The translations under genes and the position numbers were made by a program. Shown piece by piece: positions 48,516 to 58,121 of a stretch of 64,000 bases of DNA; position 1 is the stretch's first letter, and every line of letters starts with the position of its first letter. The notes below the pieces were generated by a model. It was not told the origin of the DNA, made no database searches, and was given only the letters and a program-made list of their open reading frames with translations. The stretch is taken from positions 128,001 through 192,000 of the forward strand of contig DXJO01000006.1 in NCBI GenBank assembly GCA_019057475.1, given 5' to 3'. The DNA comes from Candidatus Thorarchaeota archaeon. GTDB lineage: Archaea; Asgardarchaeota; Thorarchaeia; Thorarchaeales; Thorarchaeaceae.

Positions 48516-49269
48516 GTTCCTGGAACTATGTGTACACAATGCCTACGAGAATATGGCTGTTGATGAAGCAATTACGTTGGCCATGAAAGAGGGAGAAGCG
48601 CCTCCCACCCTGCGTCTCTACAGATGGAGACCCTCTGCAGTATCCATTGGAACGTTTCAGGGCATGACAGATGAAGTCGACCTCAAGTATTGCAGACTGA
48701 ACAAGATCGATTACATTCGAAGGATCACAGGTGGTGGAGCGGTATACCACGATTTCGATGGGGAAGTGACCTACAGTCTCATCGTTCCTAAGGGCCATCG
48801 CTTGGCTCCGCCTGATATTCTGAAGTCTTACAGAATAATTTGCGGAGGAATCATTGAGGCCCTTGAACATCTGAAAATAAAGTCCAAGTTTCGACCGATA
48901 AACGATGTAGTAACTGACGGAAAGAAAATCTCTGGCAATGCTCAGACGCGACGCAATTTGTGTGTACTGCAACACGGAACGACTTTACTCGACTTGGATG
49001 TTGAAGTGATGTTCTCCATACTGAAGGTTCCCAAGGAGAAGATATCTGATAAGATGATCCAAGACGTGAAGAAGAGCGTGACTTCCATCAGGGAAATCTT
49101 GGACAGGCATGTAGAAGTGGACGAACTCGGGAACGCGCTTGAGGCCGGGTTCTCAAAAGCGCTGAAAATCGACTTGGTTCCTGGTGCCCTCATGGCACGA
49201 GAATGGGCTGATGCTCAGAGATTGATGAAAGAGAAATATTCAACCACCAAATGGAACCTCTCGAGGTAG
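48502..49269 (+). CDS. lplA: Lipoate-protein ligase catalytic subunit
   Basis: NMAVDE, RRITGGGAVYHD, KKISGNAQ, LQHGT. Confidence 0.92.
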   Translation: MEEFRFLELCVHNAYENMAVDEAITLAMKEGEAPPTLRLYRWRPSAVSIGTFQGMTDEVDLKYCRLNKIDYIRRITGGGAVYHDFDGEVTYSLIVPKGHRLAPPDILKSYRIICGGIIEALEHLKIKSKFRPINDVVTDGKKISGNAQTRRNLCVLQHGTTLLDLDVEVMFSILKVPKEKISDKMIQDVKKSVTSIREILDRHVEVDELGNALEAGFSKALKIDLVPGALMAREWADAQRLMKEKYSTTKWNLSR

Positions 49270-49275
49270 AATATC

Positions 49276-49548
49276 ATGGGCGATAGTATATTCAAAGTTC
49301 CGGGTGGAAAGCTTCTGAAGATCAAGCTCACACCCTCAGAAGATCGGATTCGTGCTATAGTCATTAAAGGAGATTTTTTCCTTCATCCTGAAGAAACACT
49401 GGTGGCTCTTGAAGAGTTCCTTGCCGGGAAAGAGCTTGATGAGATCTACCTCGCTGCTGACATTCAAGATTTCCTGGATGAAGCTGGTGCCAAGCTAGTG
49501 GGAGCCGGTGCCGCGGACATAGCTAAGGCTATCTTGATGGCAAAGTGA
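49276..49548 (+). CDS. lplB: Lipoate-protein ligase accessory (C-terminal) subunit
   Basis: KVPGGKLLK..IKGDFFLHPEE..LEEFL. Confidence 0.88.
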   Translation: MGDSIFKVPGGKLLKIKLTPSEDRIRAIVIKGDFFLHPEETLVALEEFLAGKELDEIYLAADIQDFLDEAGAKLVGAGAADIAKAILMAK

Positions 49549-49555
49549 ATGAGAA

Positions 49556-50425
49556 ATGAAACTCGTGCGTTTCACGGAAGGAATGAAGCCAGTTGCAGGA
49601 CTTATCGAGGGCACCGATGTACTTGTCTACGAAGGATTCGGGTGCGACCCGTTCAAGAGCTTTGTTGAGCTTCGGAAACCGGACGACATTGGTTTCAATG
49701 AGTTCTTACGCTCCTTGATAGAAGGTGAAACTCCTAGAAGGTACAAGCTCGACTGGGTGAAGAATCAATTCATAATGCCCATGATCCCCGCTGAGGTCTG
49801 GGCGGCGGGTGTGACCTACCGGCGAAGCGTGACTGCGCGAGAAGATGAAACCGAAGTGAAGGGAATCTACGATCGCGTATATGAATCCAAGAGACCCGAA
49901 GTTCTATTCAAGGGGCTTGGATACCGAACGGTTGGCCCCAATGACATCATCTGCATCAGAAGTGATGCGACTTGGAATGTACCAGAACCCGAGTTCACTC
50001 TGGTCTATGGGGAACGCAAAATTATCGGTTACATGATTGGAAACGATGTCAGTTCGAGGGACATTGAAGGAGAGAATCCTCTCTATCTGCCACAGGCGAA
50101 GGTATTCAGGAGCTCCTGCTCGATTGGGCCCAACCTAGCTACCGTTGATGAGTTCAAGGACCCAAAGAAAGTCGGAATCAAGCTGATGGTATACAGGGAA
50201 AGCGAAATGGTCTTCTCTGGCGAAACGAATACATCCCAAATGAAGAGGTCATTCGAGGAGTTGACGGAATATCTATTCCGCGACAACCCAGTACCACGCG
50301 GTTCGATTATGCTCACTGGCGTTGGAGTCGTTCCTCCAGATGATTTCAGTCTCATGCATGGAGACCTAGTTGAGATCTCAATGGACGGGCTTGGCACCAT
50401 GAGAAATAGAGTGCGCCAACTGTGA
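49556..50425 (+). CDS. Fumarylacetoacetate hydrolase family (KdaD/XylX-like 2-keto-3-deoxy acid dehydratase)
   Basis: EVWAAGVTY, RPEVLFK, WNVPEPE, GNDVSSRDIEGENPLYLPQAK. Confidence 0.85.
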   Translation: MKLVRFTEGMKPVAGLIEGTDVLVYEGFGCDPFKSFVELRKPDDIGFNEFLRSLIEGETPRRYKLDWVKNQFIMPMIPAEVWAAGVTYRRSVTAREDETEVKGIYDRVYESKRPEVLFKGLGYRTVGPNDIICIRSDATWNVPEPEFTLVYGERKIIGYMIGNDVSSRDIEGENPLYLPQAKVFRSSCSIGPNLATVDEFKDPKKVGIKLMVYRESEMVFSGETNTSQMKRSFEELTEYLFRDNPVPRGSIMLTGVGVVPPDDFSLMHGDLVEISMDGLGTMRNRVRQL

Positions 50426-50436
50426 TTGTCAGCGGT

Positions 50437-51393
50437 CTATCGATTACCTTCAGTCTGATTGTTCGAAACTCTCTTGGCCTGACTCACTTGAACGAGCAGA
50501 ACACTGACTGCAATCAGTGATAGTGCAATCCAGTCGACAATGGAGGGGATTTCTCCCAAAAAGATGACTGAGAGAATGACAATTTGAGGCATCATTGTGC
50601 TTTGAATCAAGGACATGTCAACCGCTCTGAGATACTGCATTGCCTTGTTCCAAAGAGTGAATGCAAGAGCCGTGTTCACTACGCTCAGCCAGATGATGTA
50701 AGTCCAAGAGGTCAGCGACAATGCTGGGACTCCTTCGGTCACGAAACCCCAGATTAGGAGAATTGCGGCACCGAATGTCATACTTATTCCAGTTATGGTG
50801 AGTGCTGGAGCCGTTCTGCTGCGATTAATCGCTCTGCCGACAACTGCGGAAAGCGAGTTGGCTAACAATCCAACTACAGTTACTAAGACCCCAAAGAGCA
50901 CCACTTCTCCCACGTCTTTGGGATGGAAGTAAACCACAATTCCAATAATCCCGATTAAGATGAATCCAACTTGATCAAGTGAAGGCCGTTCCCTAAGTAG
51001 ACCCACCGAAAGGAGTAGTACAACAATGGGAGTAAGGTTCAGAATCAACGACACCGTAATTGCTGGGAGAAGCCTAAGGCCCATGAACTGTGTTCCCTGC
51101 GTAACAGTAACGAAAATGATTCCATAACCAGCTATAGCAAGCCACCATCTTCTGTTCTGCCTCCCTACAGCGTTACGGGCTTCCTTATTCGCAAGAATTA
51201 TTCCAAGCAGGATTGCGGCCGCTAAGCCGTATCTAAGACCAGCAAACGTAACGGGGGGTATATCCTCTAAGCCAAATTTGATGATAACCCAAGAAGACGC
51301 CCAGAGTGCCGTGACTACTAGAGCAAGAAGAACCGCCATTAGATATGTGCGAAATGAAGAGCGAGTTTCAGTTTCATGCTCTTGTTGCTGCAA
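50437..51393 (-). CDS. EamA/DMT-family transporter
   Basis: LWASSWVIIK..PPVTFAGLR; about 10 TM; TTG 51393 with GTGGTGA SD preferred. Confidence 0.88.
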   Translation of the reverse strand: MQQQEHETETRSSFRTYLMAVLLALVVTALWASSWVIIKFGLEDIPPVTFAGLRYGLAAAILLGIILANKEARNAVGRQNRRWWLAIAGYGIIFVTVTQGTQFMGLRLLPAITVSLILNLTPIVVLLLSVGLLRERPSLDQVGFILIGIIGIVVYFHPKDVGEVVLFGVLVTVVGLLANSLSAVVGRAINRSRTAPALTITGISMTFGAAILLIWGFVTEGVPALSLTSWTYIIWLSVVNTALAFTLWNKAMQYLRAVDMSLIQSTMMPQIVILSVIFLGEIPSIVDWIALSLIAVSVLLVQVSQAKRVSNNQTEGNR

Positions 51394-51485
51394 GCATTCA
51401 CCACACCCCGGACTTCTTGAATCGTATGAAAGCAAGCCTTATCACGGACATCAATGTATTGCCGTCTTACGACGGGTGTTTAAAA

Positions 51486-52133
51486 GTGATTCAAGCAAAG
51501 GTTCTGATTAGTACAGAGGACTACTACACGTGCGACATCACACGGACTATTCCAGTGAGAGTAAGCATTACCACAATTAACGGTCCAGTTGGGTTTGGCA
51601 TAATTGAAGCATTGGACGGAGAAGAAGAGTCACTCAAGCAGTATGTGTCTGCCATGAAAGCATCTTCTAGCGTAATTGAGATTGAAATCACATATCAGTC
51701 ACCCACAGTCTATTGGACTCGTGTCGTTATCCAACCGGATACTCCATCGATTTACGAGACAGTTCTTGAGAGCTCGTGCATGACACGACTCCCTGTCATC
51801 ATCCAGAAAGGAGTTCAAGAGCACACAGTTCTCGCACCATCTAGGGAAGCTTTTCGGGATATGCTGAACTCATTGAAGGCTAGCTATTCCCAAGTGCGAC
51901 TGAGGCATGTACGCTCATTTGCTTCAACTCTCCCCAAACACAACCTCACAGTGAAACAGATGGAAGCGATGATTATGGCATTCAGCTCTGGATACTACGA
52001 TATTCCGAGAGGGATAACTGTGGTCGAGATGTCTGAACGCCTGGGGATCAAGCGAGTCGCAATGCAAGAGCGACTTAGGAGAGCAGAGCGGACAATAATA
52101 ACTGATTTCGTCGAGGACTCACTTGTGTACTAG
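51486..52133 (+). CDS. Bacterio-opsin activator (Bat/HTH_10)-type regulator
   Basis: LTVKQMEAMIMAFSSGYYDIPRGIT..ERLRRAE; start uncertain (GTG 51486 or CTG/ATT 51504-51507); divergent from the EamA gene. Confidence 0.85.
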   Translation: MIQAKVLISTEDYYTCDITRTIPVRVSITTINGPVGFGIIEALDGEEESLKQYVSAMKASSSVIEIEITYQSPTVYWTRVVIQPDTPSIYETVLESSCMTRLPVIIQKGVQEHTVLAPSREAFRDMLNSLKASYSQVRLRHVRSFASTLPKHNLTVKQMEAMIMAFSSGYYDIPRGITVVEMSERLGIKRVAMQERLRRAERTIITDFVEDSLVY

Positions 52134-52212
52134 GGCGAAGACCTTGCTCAGATAGAAGTGTTATTGCTTTGGACATTCATACCTGTGTGTTTTTTCCGAA
52201 GCGACATCACCT

Positions 52213-52893
52213 TTAGTTGTCTAAATGATCTGTGAATACCTGATTCATTATAAGAATCAGGTTGTCTAGTGCACTGCCAGGTTCGAGGACGGCGCCATTC
52301 AAGAGATTGATATCTCTACCAAGATCGTAACCAAAGGGACTAGTGGTATCGGGAATGTTCTGATAAGTTCCTTCAAGAAGTATCATGTATCCAACGCCAC
52401 TCTGAATCGTAAGCAGCTGAATCCATGTGCCATCATTGTATAGGATGTCCAAACCAAATCCCATTATGCCAAGGTCTGTAACATCGTAGATTGAAACTTG
52501 AGATTCAGTTGTATACTCCAGATCTCCATAGAGTGCTTGATTGATTGCCTCCACTTCTGAAACTGAAGCGTAAAACTCCTCTTCATATATGGATAGATTA
52601 TACGGGCCCTCTGAATCGTCCAAGAGTGTTGTCCTTACCAACCATGTTCCACCCTCCTGAGGAATGAATACAGCATCCATAAGCTCCGGGTAGACTATGT
52701 CAGAGCTATTCCCGAGTATGGCCATGGCAAGGATGTCACTTGATTTGTCCACCATGTAATCTGCTAATGAAACCCCAAACCGTCCGTCAGTTTCGTTATT
52801 GGCTGAAGGATCATTGACTAGCATGTACGTAATGATAACGGCAGAAAGAATCCCGCAAGCGATCATTGCTGCTGCAATGTGTTTAGTGTTCAT
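52213..52893 (-). CDS. Hypothetical membrane-anchored acidic extracellular protein
   Basis: N-terminal TM; Asp/Glu-rich; NxS/T sequons. Confidence 0.65.
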   Translation of the reverse strand: MNTKHIAAAMIACGILSAVIITYMLVNDPSANNETDGRFGVSLADYMVDKSSDILAMAILGNSSDIVYPELMDAVFIPQEGGTWLVRTTLLDDSEGPYNLSIYEEEFYASVSEVEAINQALYGDLEYTTESQVSIYDVTDLGIMGFGLDILYNDGTWIQLLTIQSGVGYMILLEGTYQNIPDTTSPFGYDLGRDINLLNGAVLEPGSALDNLILIMNQVFTDHLDN

Positions 52894-53109
52894 CAGGCCA
52901 TCATCCCATCTCTACTGACACATTGGGGCGAGAACCCTATTCTCTTTTTGCTATCAAGCATAGTGCAATGCTCAAATGAACCCAACTTAGGCTCGAGTTG
53001 CCAAGCAAGGTTGAGGCGTGGACAACAGTGAAATACCGGCAGTGTCAGCATCTCATAATCTCTATGAAGAACATAGAGGTGTCATAGCAACGCCCTAGTT
53101 GCAGAGGGA

Positions 53110-54099
53110 TTGGTAATGAACGCTTACTTCATGATTGTCTTGCTTGCCGTTGTGCTGTTCTTCGTGGTATGGGGACTGGGATGGTTCTTGGAACGCATGT
53201 CACATCTCACACTCCAAACGACGCGGAATCCTGGCTCACGAGCATGGTACCTTCTTGTTGGACCGGGTGTAGCCCTACACGAGTCCTCACATGCACTTGG
53301 ATGTGTCTTCACACGAACGCCTATTGTCGAGTTCAAACCAATTAACGTGTCAGTTCAAGGAGATCAAGTTGTGCTCGGTTACGTGCGATATCAGAATCCA
53401 CCGAGCCATTTCAAGCGCGCAATCATCAATCTTGCACCTGTGGGAGTATCACTGGTTCTCCTAACTACATTCGCATTGGTTGCAACCTACTTAGCTCCAG
53501 AATACACTGGCATTGGTGGTGAAGCTCTCAACCTGCTTTTTGGCCTAATATCCCTCAAGACTGACCCAAACCTTCTTGCGAACCCTGCCTTGCCGGTCAT
53601 TCAGATTGCGGACTTTGTCTACAGCTTCTTCACAGCAATTGCGGGTTTCACAGTCATCAATCCGATATTCTGGATCATTGCTTTCTTTGCTATGACAATA
53701 ATGTTTAGCAACGCTCCATCAGATGTTGATATCAAGAATGCATCTGTTGGATTGAAGGCTATCATCATCTTCGACGTAATCTGGCTCGCTTTAGCAGCTG
53801 TATTTCCCGAAGTGGGCTGGCTCCTCCCCGGATTGTTCGAGCTGCTCGCAATGCTATTTGCCCTTGCGCTGGGTTTCGCAGTTGTTGCGTATGGCTTCTT
53901 CATAATGATAACAGGGATGTCACACCTCAAGACCCCATTCAACATCATTCCATTCTTAGCGTGCATCGCAACAGGAGCAGTAATGTCATACTACAATGTT
54001 GGCACCCCGGCTTTCCAGACTGTTGTGTCACTCGTGGTCTTTGTAGTTGTGATACTACCTTTGCTGTATACGAAAGCATTCAGAGTGGGACGAAGCTAA
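53110..54099 (+). CDS. Membrane zinc metalloprotease, M50/S2P-like
   Basis: PGVALHESSHAL (HExxH), LGYV, INLAP, PSDVD; polytopic. Confidence 0.75.
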   Translation: MVMNAYFMIVLLAVVLFFVVWGLGWFLERMSHLTLQTTRNPGSRAWYLLVGPGVALHESSHALGCVFTRTPIVEFKPINVSVQGDQVVLGYVRYQNPPSHFKRAIINLAPVGVSLVLLTTFALVATYLAPEYTGIGGEALNLLFGLISLKTDPNLLANPALPVIQIADFVYSFFTAIAGFTVINPIFWIIAFFAMTIMFSNAPSDVDIKNASVGLKAIIIFDVIWLALAAVFPEVGWLLPGLFELLAMLFALALGFAVVAYGFFIMITGMSHLKTPFNIIPFLACIATGAVMSYYNVGTPAFQTVVSLVVFVVVILPLLYTKAFRVGRS

Positions 54100-54191
54100 A
54101 GCACACACGCAAGAATGCATGGTTCAATATCATGTCACCGTAATACGTGATGTCATATTGCATCCCTCGCACTCATACACGGTTATCAGAT

Positions 54192-54539
54192 ATGACCAAA
54201 ATTGAGATTGTCCGACGGCCCTCACTGATTAGCCCGCGTCATTTGCTCAGGTATATCTTCTTCACGGAGATGCAGGTTGAGCAAGCTGCCAAGATACTCA
54301 ATGAAATCGTCAAGGCCGATGGTGTTATCCCGGATTCTGACTGGCAGCAGTTTGTATACACTAGCAGGGGCCTCTACGTCAAGGTCATGAGAAAGCTTCG
54401 TGATGTGGGTCTAGTAGAGAAACGGATGGGCGAGTACAGACTCGCCAAGGATTTCTCAAGCGCGCTTGAAAAGATAGCAAAATACTGGGCGGATATTGTC
54501 AGCTCCTTCAATGAAGGCGATAGGTCAATATCATTCTAA
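54192..54539 (+). CDS. Small winged-helix protein
   Basis: LYVKVMRKLRDVGLVEKRMGEYRLAKDF; ATG 54192 preferred. Confidence 0.7.
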   Translation: MTKIEIVRRPSLISPRHLLRYIFFTEMQVEQAAKILNEIVKADGVIPDSDWQQFVYTSRGLYVKVMRKLRDVGLVEKRMGEYRLAKDFSSALEKIAKYWADIVSSFNEGDRSISF

Positions 54540-54573
54540 AGAGGTTCAAGCCCAAGTCCAAAGAGCCTTCTCC

Positions 54574-56136
54574 TTATTCGAATTTGATTTCTTTCAGTGT
54601 CGAGATTGCTTTCTCGCCCTTTATCTTTAGCACACCAAGCTTCTCAAGTTCTCTCGCGTGCTTGGTAGCCAATCCCACCGGAACTCCCAATGACTTGCCG
54701 AGTTCAGTAAATGTAACTGAGCCAACTTCGTCCACTAGCAGTAGAACTTTTGTGTTTGCTTCCATGCCAAGCACCATGATATAGCGCTTGGTTCGTTCAT
54801 CGGAAAGGTCTCTCATCTCAAGTGCAATATCTCTCTCTTTCTCCATCAAGCGAGTGGCTTTTTCAAAAGCCTCTCTTTGCATCTCAACGATGCGCACTTG
54901 CTCTTGCGATTCTTTCAGCTCATTCTCGAAGTCGTAAACACTCTGCTCCAAGTCCTTTACTCGTTTGATCTTATCAGAAATGAATTTCAGCTCATCACTG
55001 TGGCTCTTGGCAGTCGCTTCCGCTGCCCTCTTGTCTTTCAGCGCGGTTTCCAAATCCCGCTCAAGGTCCTTGACCCTTGTAGTTCCAGCATCTGCCTCTT
55101 CACGTTTTTCCTTGAGCGTCTTCTCAATTAGCTCGATTTTCGATTCTAGTGCCTCAATTTCTGCAACTGACTTTATTGGGGCTTTCTTTGCTGCTTCGGC
55201 TTCAGACTTGTAGACTTCCACTTCACTCTGAGATTCGCCTAATTGGAGTTTAACCTCTCTGGCTTCTGCTCTTGCAGCCTGCGTTTCTTTCATCCTTTCA
55301 TCAATGACAGCCTCTTTCTTCAGCAGCTCATCTTTTAGAGCTGTCACCTGCGCACCTAGATCAGAAATCTTGCGGTTGAACTCTTCGGTTGCAGCGTCAA
55401 CAGTAGCTGTATCATCAATACTGCCCTGAAGCTTTCTAATGCTCGCTTCCAGTTTTGTTATCTCGACCTGCTTCTCTACAAGCTCTGCTCGTTGAGATGC
55501 AGTTTCTTCTTCGAGGCTTTCCATGAAAGAGCGGACTACATTTTGCTGCTCCACTATTGTTGATCTGAGGTCCATCTCAGATTCCCGAACTCTGGATCCA
55601 AAGTCTTTGAATCGATCCTGTGTTTGCTCCACAATCTTATCAACGAGGTCCTTCTCAAGCGCCGCGAATTCACTATCCACAATATCAACGAAGGTTGATT
55701 CAATGAAGCTTTTGAAGAACTTCATCCGAAGCCTTTCGACCATCTCTTCAGAAATAGCTGATTTGAGATCAACAACCTTCCCTCTAAATGTAAGAAGCTG
55801 AGCTGCGAAAACACCAACCACTCCTCGCTGTAGAGATGTAATATCTGCCCTTAGGTGCTCCAACTTCAATAGAAGGGCATCAAAGCCAGCCACGGCCTCA
55901 CCATCTTTCATGAAACCGGGTCTGGGAGGCGGGGATTCAAGTGCCTCAACGAACTCCAAAGCAGTGGCGGCAGCACTGAGCAAGTCCTCACTCGTGTCCG
56001 TAGGAAGAATTGGCTTTCCTGATTCATCCACGCCCTCTGCAAGCCCATATACTTCTGAGTCGGAAACAGATGCGCCGCGTAATGCATCTTCCAGGGCGGA
56101 CTTCTCTTTTTCACTCAGCTTGTCTTTTCGTGGCAT
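54574..56136 (-). CDS. Long coiled-coil protein with C-terminal winged helix
   Basis: About 350 aa heptad-rich E/K/R/A region; C-terminus KVLLLVDEVGSVTFTELGKSLG..HARELEKLGVLKI; no Walker motifs. Confidence 0.75.
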   Translation of the reverse strand: MPRKDKLSEKEKSALEDALRGASVSDSEVYGLAEGVDESGKPILPTDTSEDLLSAAATALEFVEALESPPPRPGFMKDGEAVAGFDALLLKLEHLRADITSLQRGVVGVFAAQLLTFRGKVVDLKSAISEEMVERLRMKFFKSFIESTFVDIVDSEFAALEKDLVDKIVEQTQDRFKDFGSRVRESEMDLRSTIVEQQNVVRSFMESLEEETASQRAELVEKQVEITKLEASIRKLQGSIDDTATVDAATEEFNRKISDLGAQVTALKDELLKKEAVIDERMKETQAARAEAREVKLQLGESQSEVEVYKSEAEAAKKAPIKSVAEIEALESKIELIEKTLKEKREEADAGTTRVKDLERDLETALKDKRAAEATAKSHSDELKFISDKIKRVKDLEQSVYDFENELKESQEQVRIVEMQREAFEKATRLMEKERDIALEMRDLSDERTKRYIMVLGMEANTKVLLLVDEVGSVTFTELGKSLGVPVGLATKHARELEKLGVLKIKGEKAISTLKEIKFE

Positions 56137-56491
56137 TTCATTCCCTCGAGGAGCAGACAATTGCACACAGACTCCGTTAGGTATAAGCTTTGTGCGAACC
56201 GCCTCCCACCTTGATAAAAAACAAATCTGAATATCACTTTGTGTGCTTAATTTCGAACACTCTTATGTCACGGTCCCCCGTGATGACGCTATGCTCTTCA
56301 TGGGGTTCGAACAATGCAGTATCACTCGGCGCTATTACTAGCGTTTCCACACCATTGTGTTGTGTGCGAATTGATTTCGGAGTGTTCAGTGTAAAATACT
56401 CTGAATCCATAGAAGAGTGTCTTAACAAGAAAACATTATCAGGTATCACGCATATGGAAACTTGGCCCAGTTGAGGCCATCGGTGATTCTC

Positions 56492-57427
56492 ATGAGGGAA
56501 TGTCCCAAATGCGGCAAGGCTAATCAGCCAACACGCAAGTTCTGTATTCGGTGTGCGGCTTCTTTGATTGCACCAAGAAAGCCAGCGACCATATCTCAGC
56601 CGACACCCCTGGCGCCTGCCCCTCCGCCAACACCACAACCGACTGCCCCACCCCAAGCACCTCAAGCGGCTTCAAATCAAGCTTCAGTGACAACAGGAGA
56701 TCAATGGGTGCGCCCAAGCGAGATCTCAAGGGACAGGGTAAGAACTGCGACCGGAGCGAAGAGGAAGACTGAACTGGAGAAAGCACGTGAAGCATTTGAA
56801 CGAGCAGAAAACGTGGGGATTGATGAAGCTGCGGGCTCAGGTATCGTCGAGTCAAGAATGTTGAGAGCCAGTGAAGTCAGAGAGCTTTTAGAGCAGACTG
56901 CAGAATATTCAGCCTCTGAAGTGCCAGCTCCTACCTTGATGCCGGGCTCGGAACACCTACCTCCAGATGCTGCGTACCTAGCAGCCCCAGCAATGCCTAC
57001 TCCAACTGACGTGGAGCATTCGATACTCGGAGCCAAATCTACTCTTGTTGAGCAGCCAGCACCTGCTCCAGCTGAGGTAGCGCCGCCAATCACTCCGGAG
57101 CCTACCCCTGAGGCACCGGTCGCTCCAGCGGCTCCAACAACACCAGCAACTCCTGCACCTTCACTCGCTGGAGGGCCAGAAAATGTTACAACTTGCACCA
57201 CGTGCGGCTCAGTCATCAATGTGGATATGTTCGAGTATCCGAAAGAAGTCTACGGTGCAATGGGTAATGCGAGATTGAAGCAAGCACGTTTCCTTGTCGT
57301 TCAAGGCAAGTATGAAGACGCGCAGCATGTCGTTCGGATCTCAAGGTTTCTCTTCATGAAAGCCGAAGATAAGGATGGTCTTACCGAGGTTGGCAAGCTC
57401 GTTGATTCCCTGGCGAAAAGACCTTGA
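56492..57427 (+). CDS. Zn-ribbon, Pro-rich protein with C-terminal helical (TPR-like) domain
   Basis: CPKC..CIRC; two Pro/Ala/Thr-rich tracts; CTTC; helical tail; GGTGA SD before ATG 56492. Confidence 0.7.
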   Translation: MRECPKCGKANQPTRKFCIRCAASLIAPRKPATISQPTPLAPAPPPTPQPTAPPQAPQAASNQASVTTGDQWVRPSEISRDRVRTATGAKRKTELEKAREAFERAENVGIDEAAGSGIVESRMLRASEVRELLEQTAEYSASEVPAPTLMPGSEHLPPDAAYLAAPAMPTPTDVEHSILGAKSTLVEQPAPAPAEVAPPITPEPTPEAPVAPAAPTTPATPAPSLAGGPENVTTCTTCGSVINVDMFEYPKEVYGAMGNARLKQARFLVVQGKYEDAQHVVRISRFLFMKAEDKDGLTEVGKLVDSLAKRP

Positions 57428-57469
57428 TTTCGAACCATGTGCCACTGCTATGTCAGCTAGTGGTATTTA

Positions 57470-58081
57470 GTGGCGATAGTGTTATTAGATGAGTGCCATT
57501 CAGGTGTAAATAATTGGCTCAACCTGTGGAGAGTAGACGCCCTGTCAGAGAATATCGCCTACCTGAAAAAGCTTGTTTTCTTAGGGGAAGGAGCTGTTGG
57601 AAAAACTTCACTTGTCGGGCGCTACGTCTATGATTCCTTCGAAGGTGATTATCTTGCAACTATCGGCACTGACATCCATGTCAAGATGATTCAGGTCGAA
57701 GATGATGTTCTTGTCAAGCTGGTTATTTGGGACATAGCTGGTCAGGACGACTTTGCACAGTTACGCAAGGCTTACTACGTAAACTCGAGCGGCGCGTTCT
57801 TCGTCTTCGACACAACTCGACCTGAAACGATAGAGCGTGTTGACGAATGGATTGATGCTCTCTATGACGTCACAGGGGAAATTCCGTTGGTCTTGCTTGA
57901 GAACAAGGTTGATCTTGAAACAGCGATATCCAAGGAGAACATCAAGAAACTCGTTCATAAGTACAAGGTAGATTTGATACGAACGAGTGCAAAAGAGGAT
58001 ACGAATGTTGAAAAGGCATTCAAGAAGATGACCAAAGAAATCCTCAGGCGTGCTCGTATACAAAGGCGCAAACCGATTTAG
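57470..58081 (+). CDS. Rab-like small GTPase 1
   Basis: G1 GEGAVGKT, G2 ATIGTD, G3 WDIAGQ, G4 ENKVD, G5 TSAK; polybasic C-terminus with no Cys; start may be CTG 57542. Confidence 0.92.
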   Translation: MAIVLLDECHSGVNNWLNLWRVDALSENIAYLKKLVFLGEGAVGKTSLVGRYVYDSFEGDYLATIGTDIHVKMIQVEDDVLVKLVIWDIAGQDDFAQLRKAYYVNSSGAFFVFDTTRPETIERVDEWIDALYDVTGEIPLVLLENKVDLETAISKENIKKLVHKYKVDLIRTSAKEDTNVEKAFKKMTKEILRRARIQRRKPI

Positions 58082-58121
58082 CATTCGGGGGATATACAAC
58101 AGATATCGGAGGCTGAAGAAT

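Noticed and set aside
48502-49548. In-frame TAG between lplA and lplB (also 41678/41679, 46525/46529, and TGA at 31826 and 45148) as Pyl/Sec read-through
   Set aside because: Each downstream gene has its own ATG, often with an SD; split LplA/LplB is normal in archaea; in-frame adjacency is expected by chance; no SECIS-like element recognised
54574-56136. Coiled-coil protein as SMC/Rad50
   Set aside because: No Walker A/B, signature motif, hinge or zinc hook
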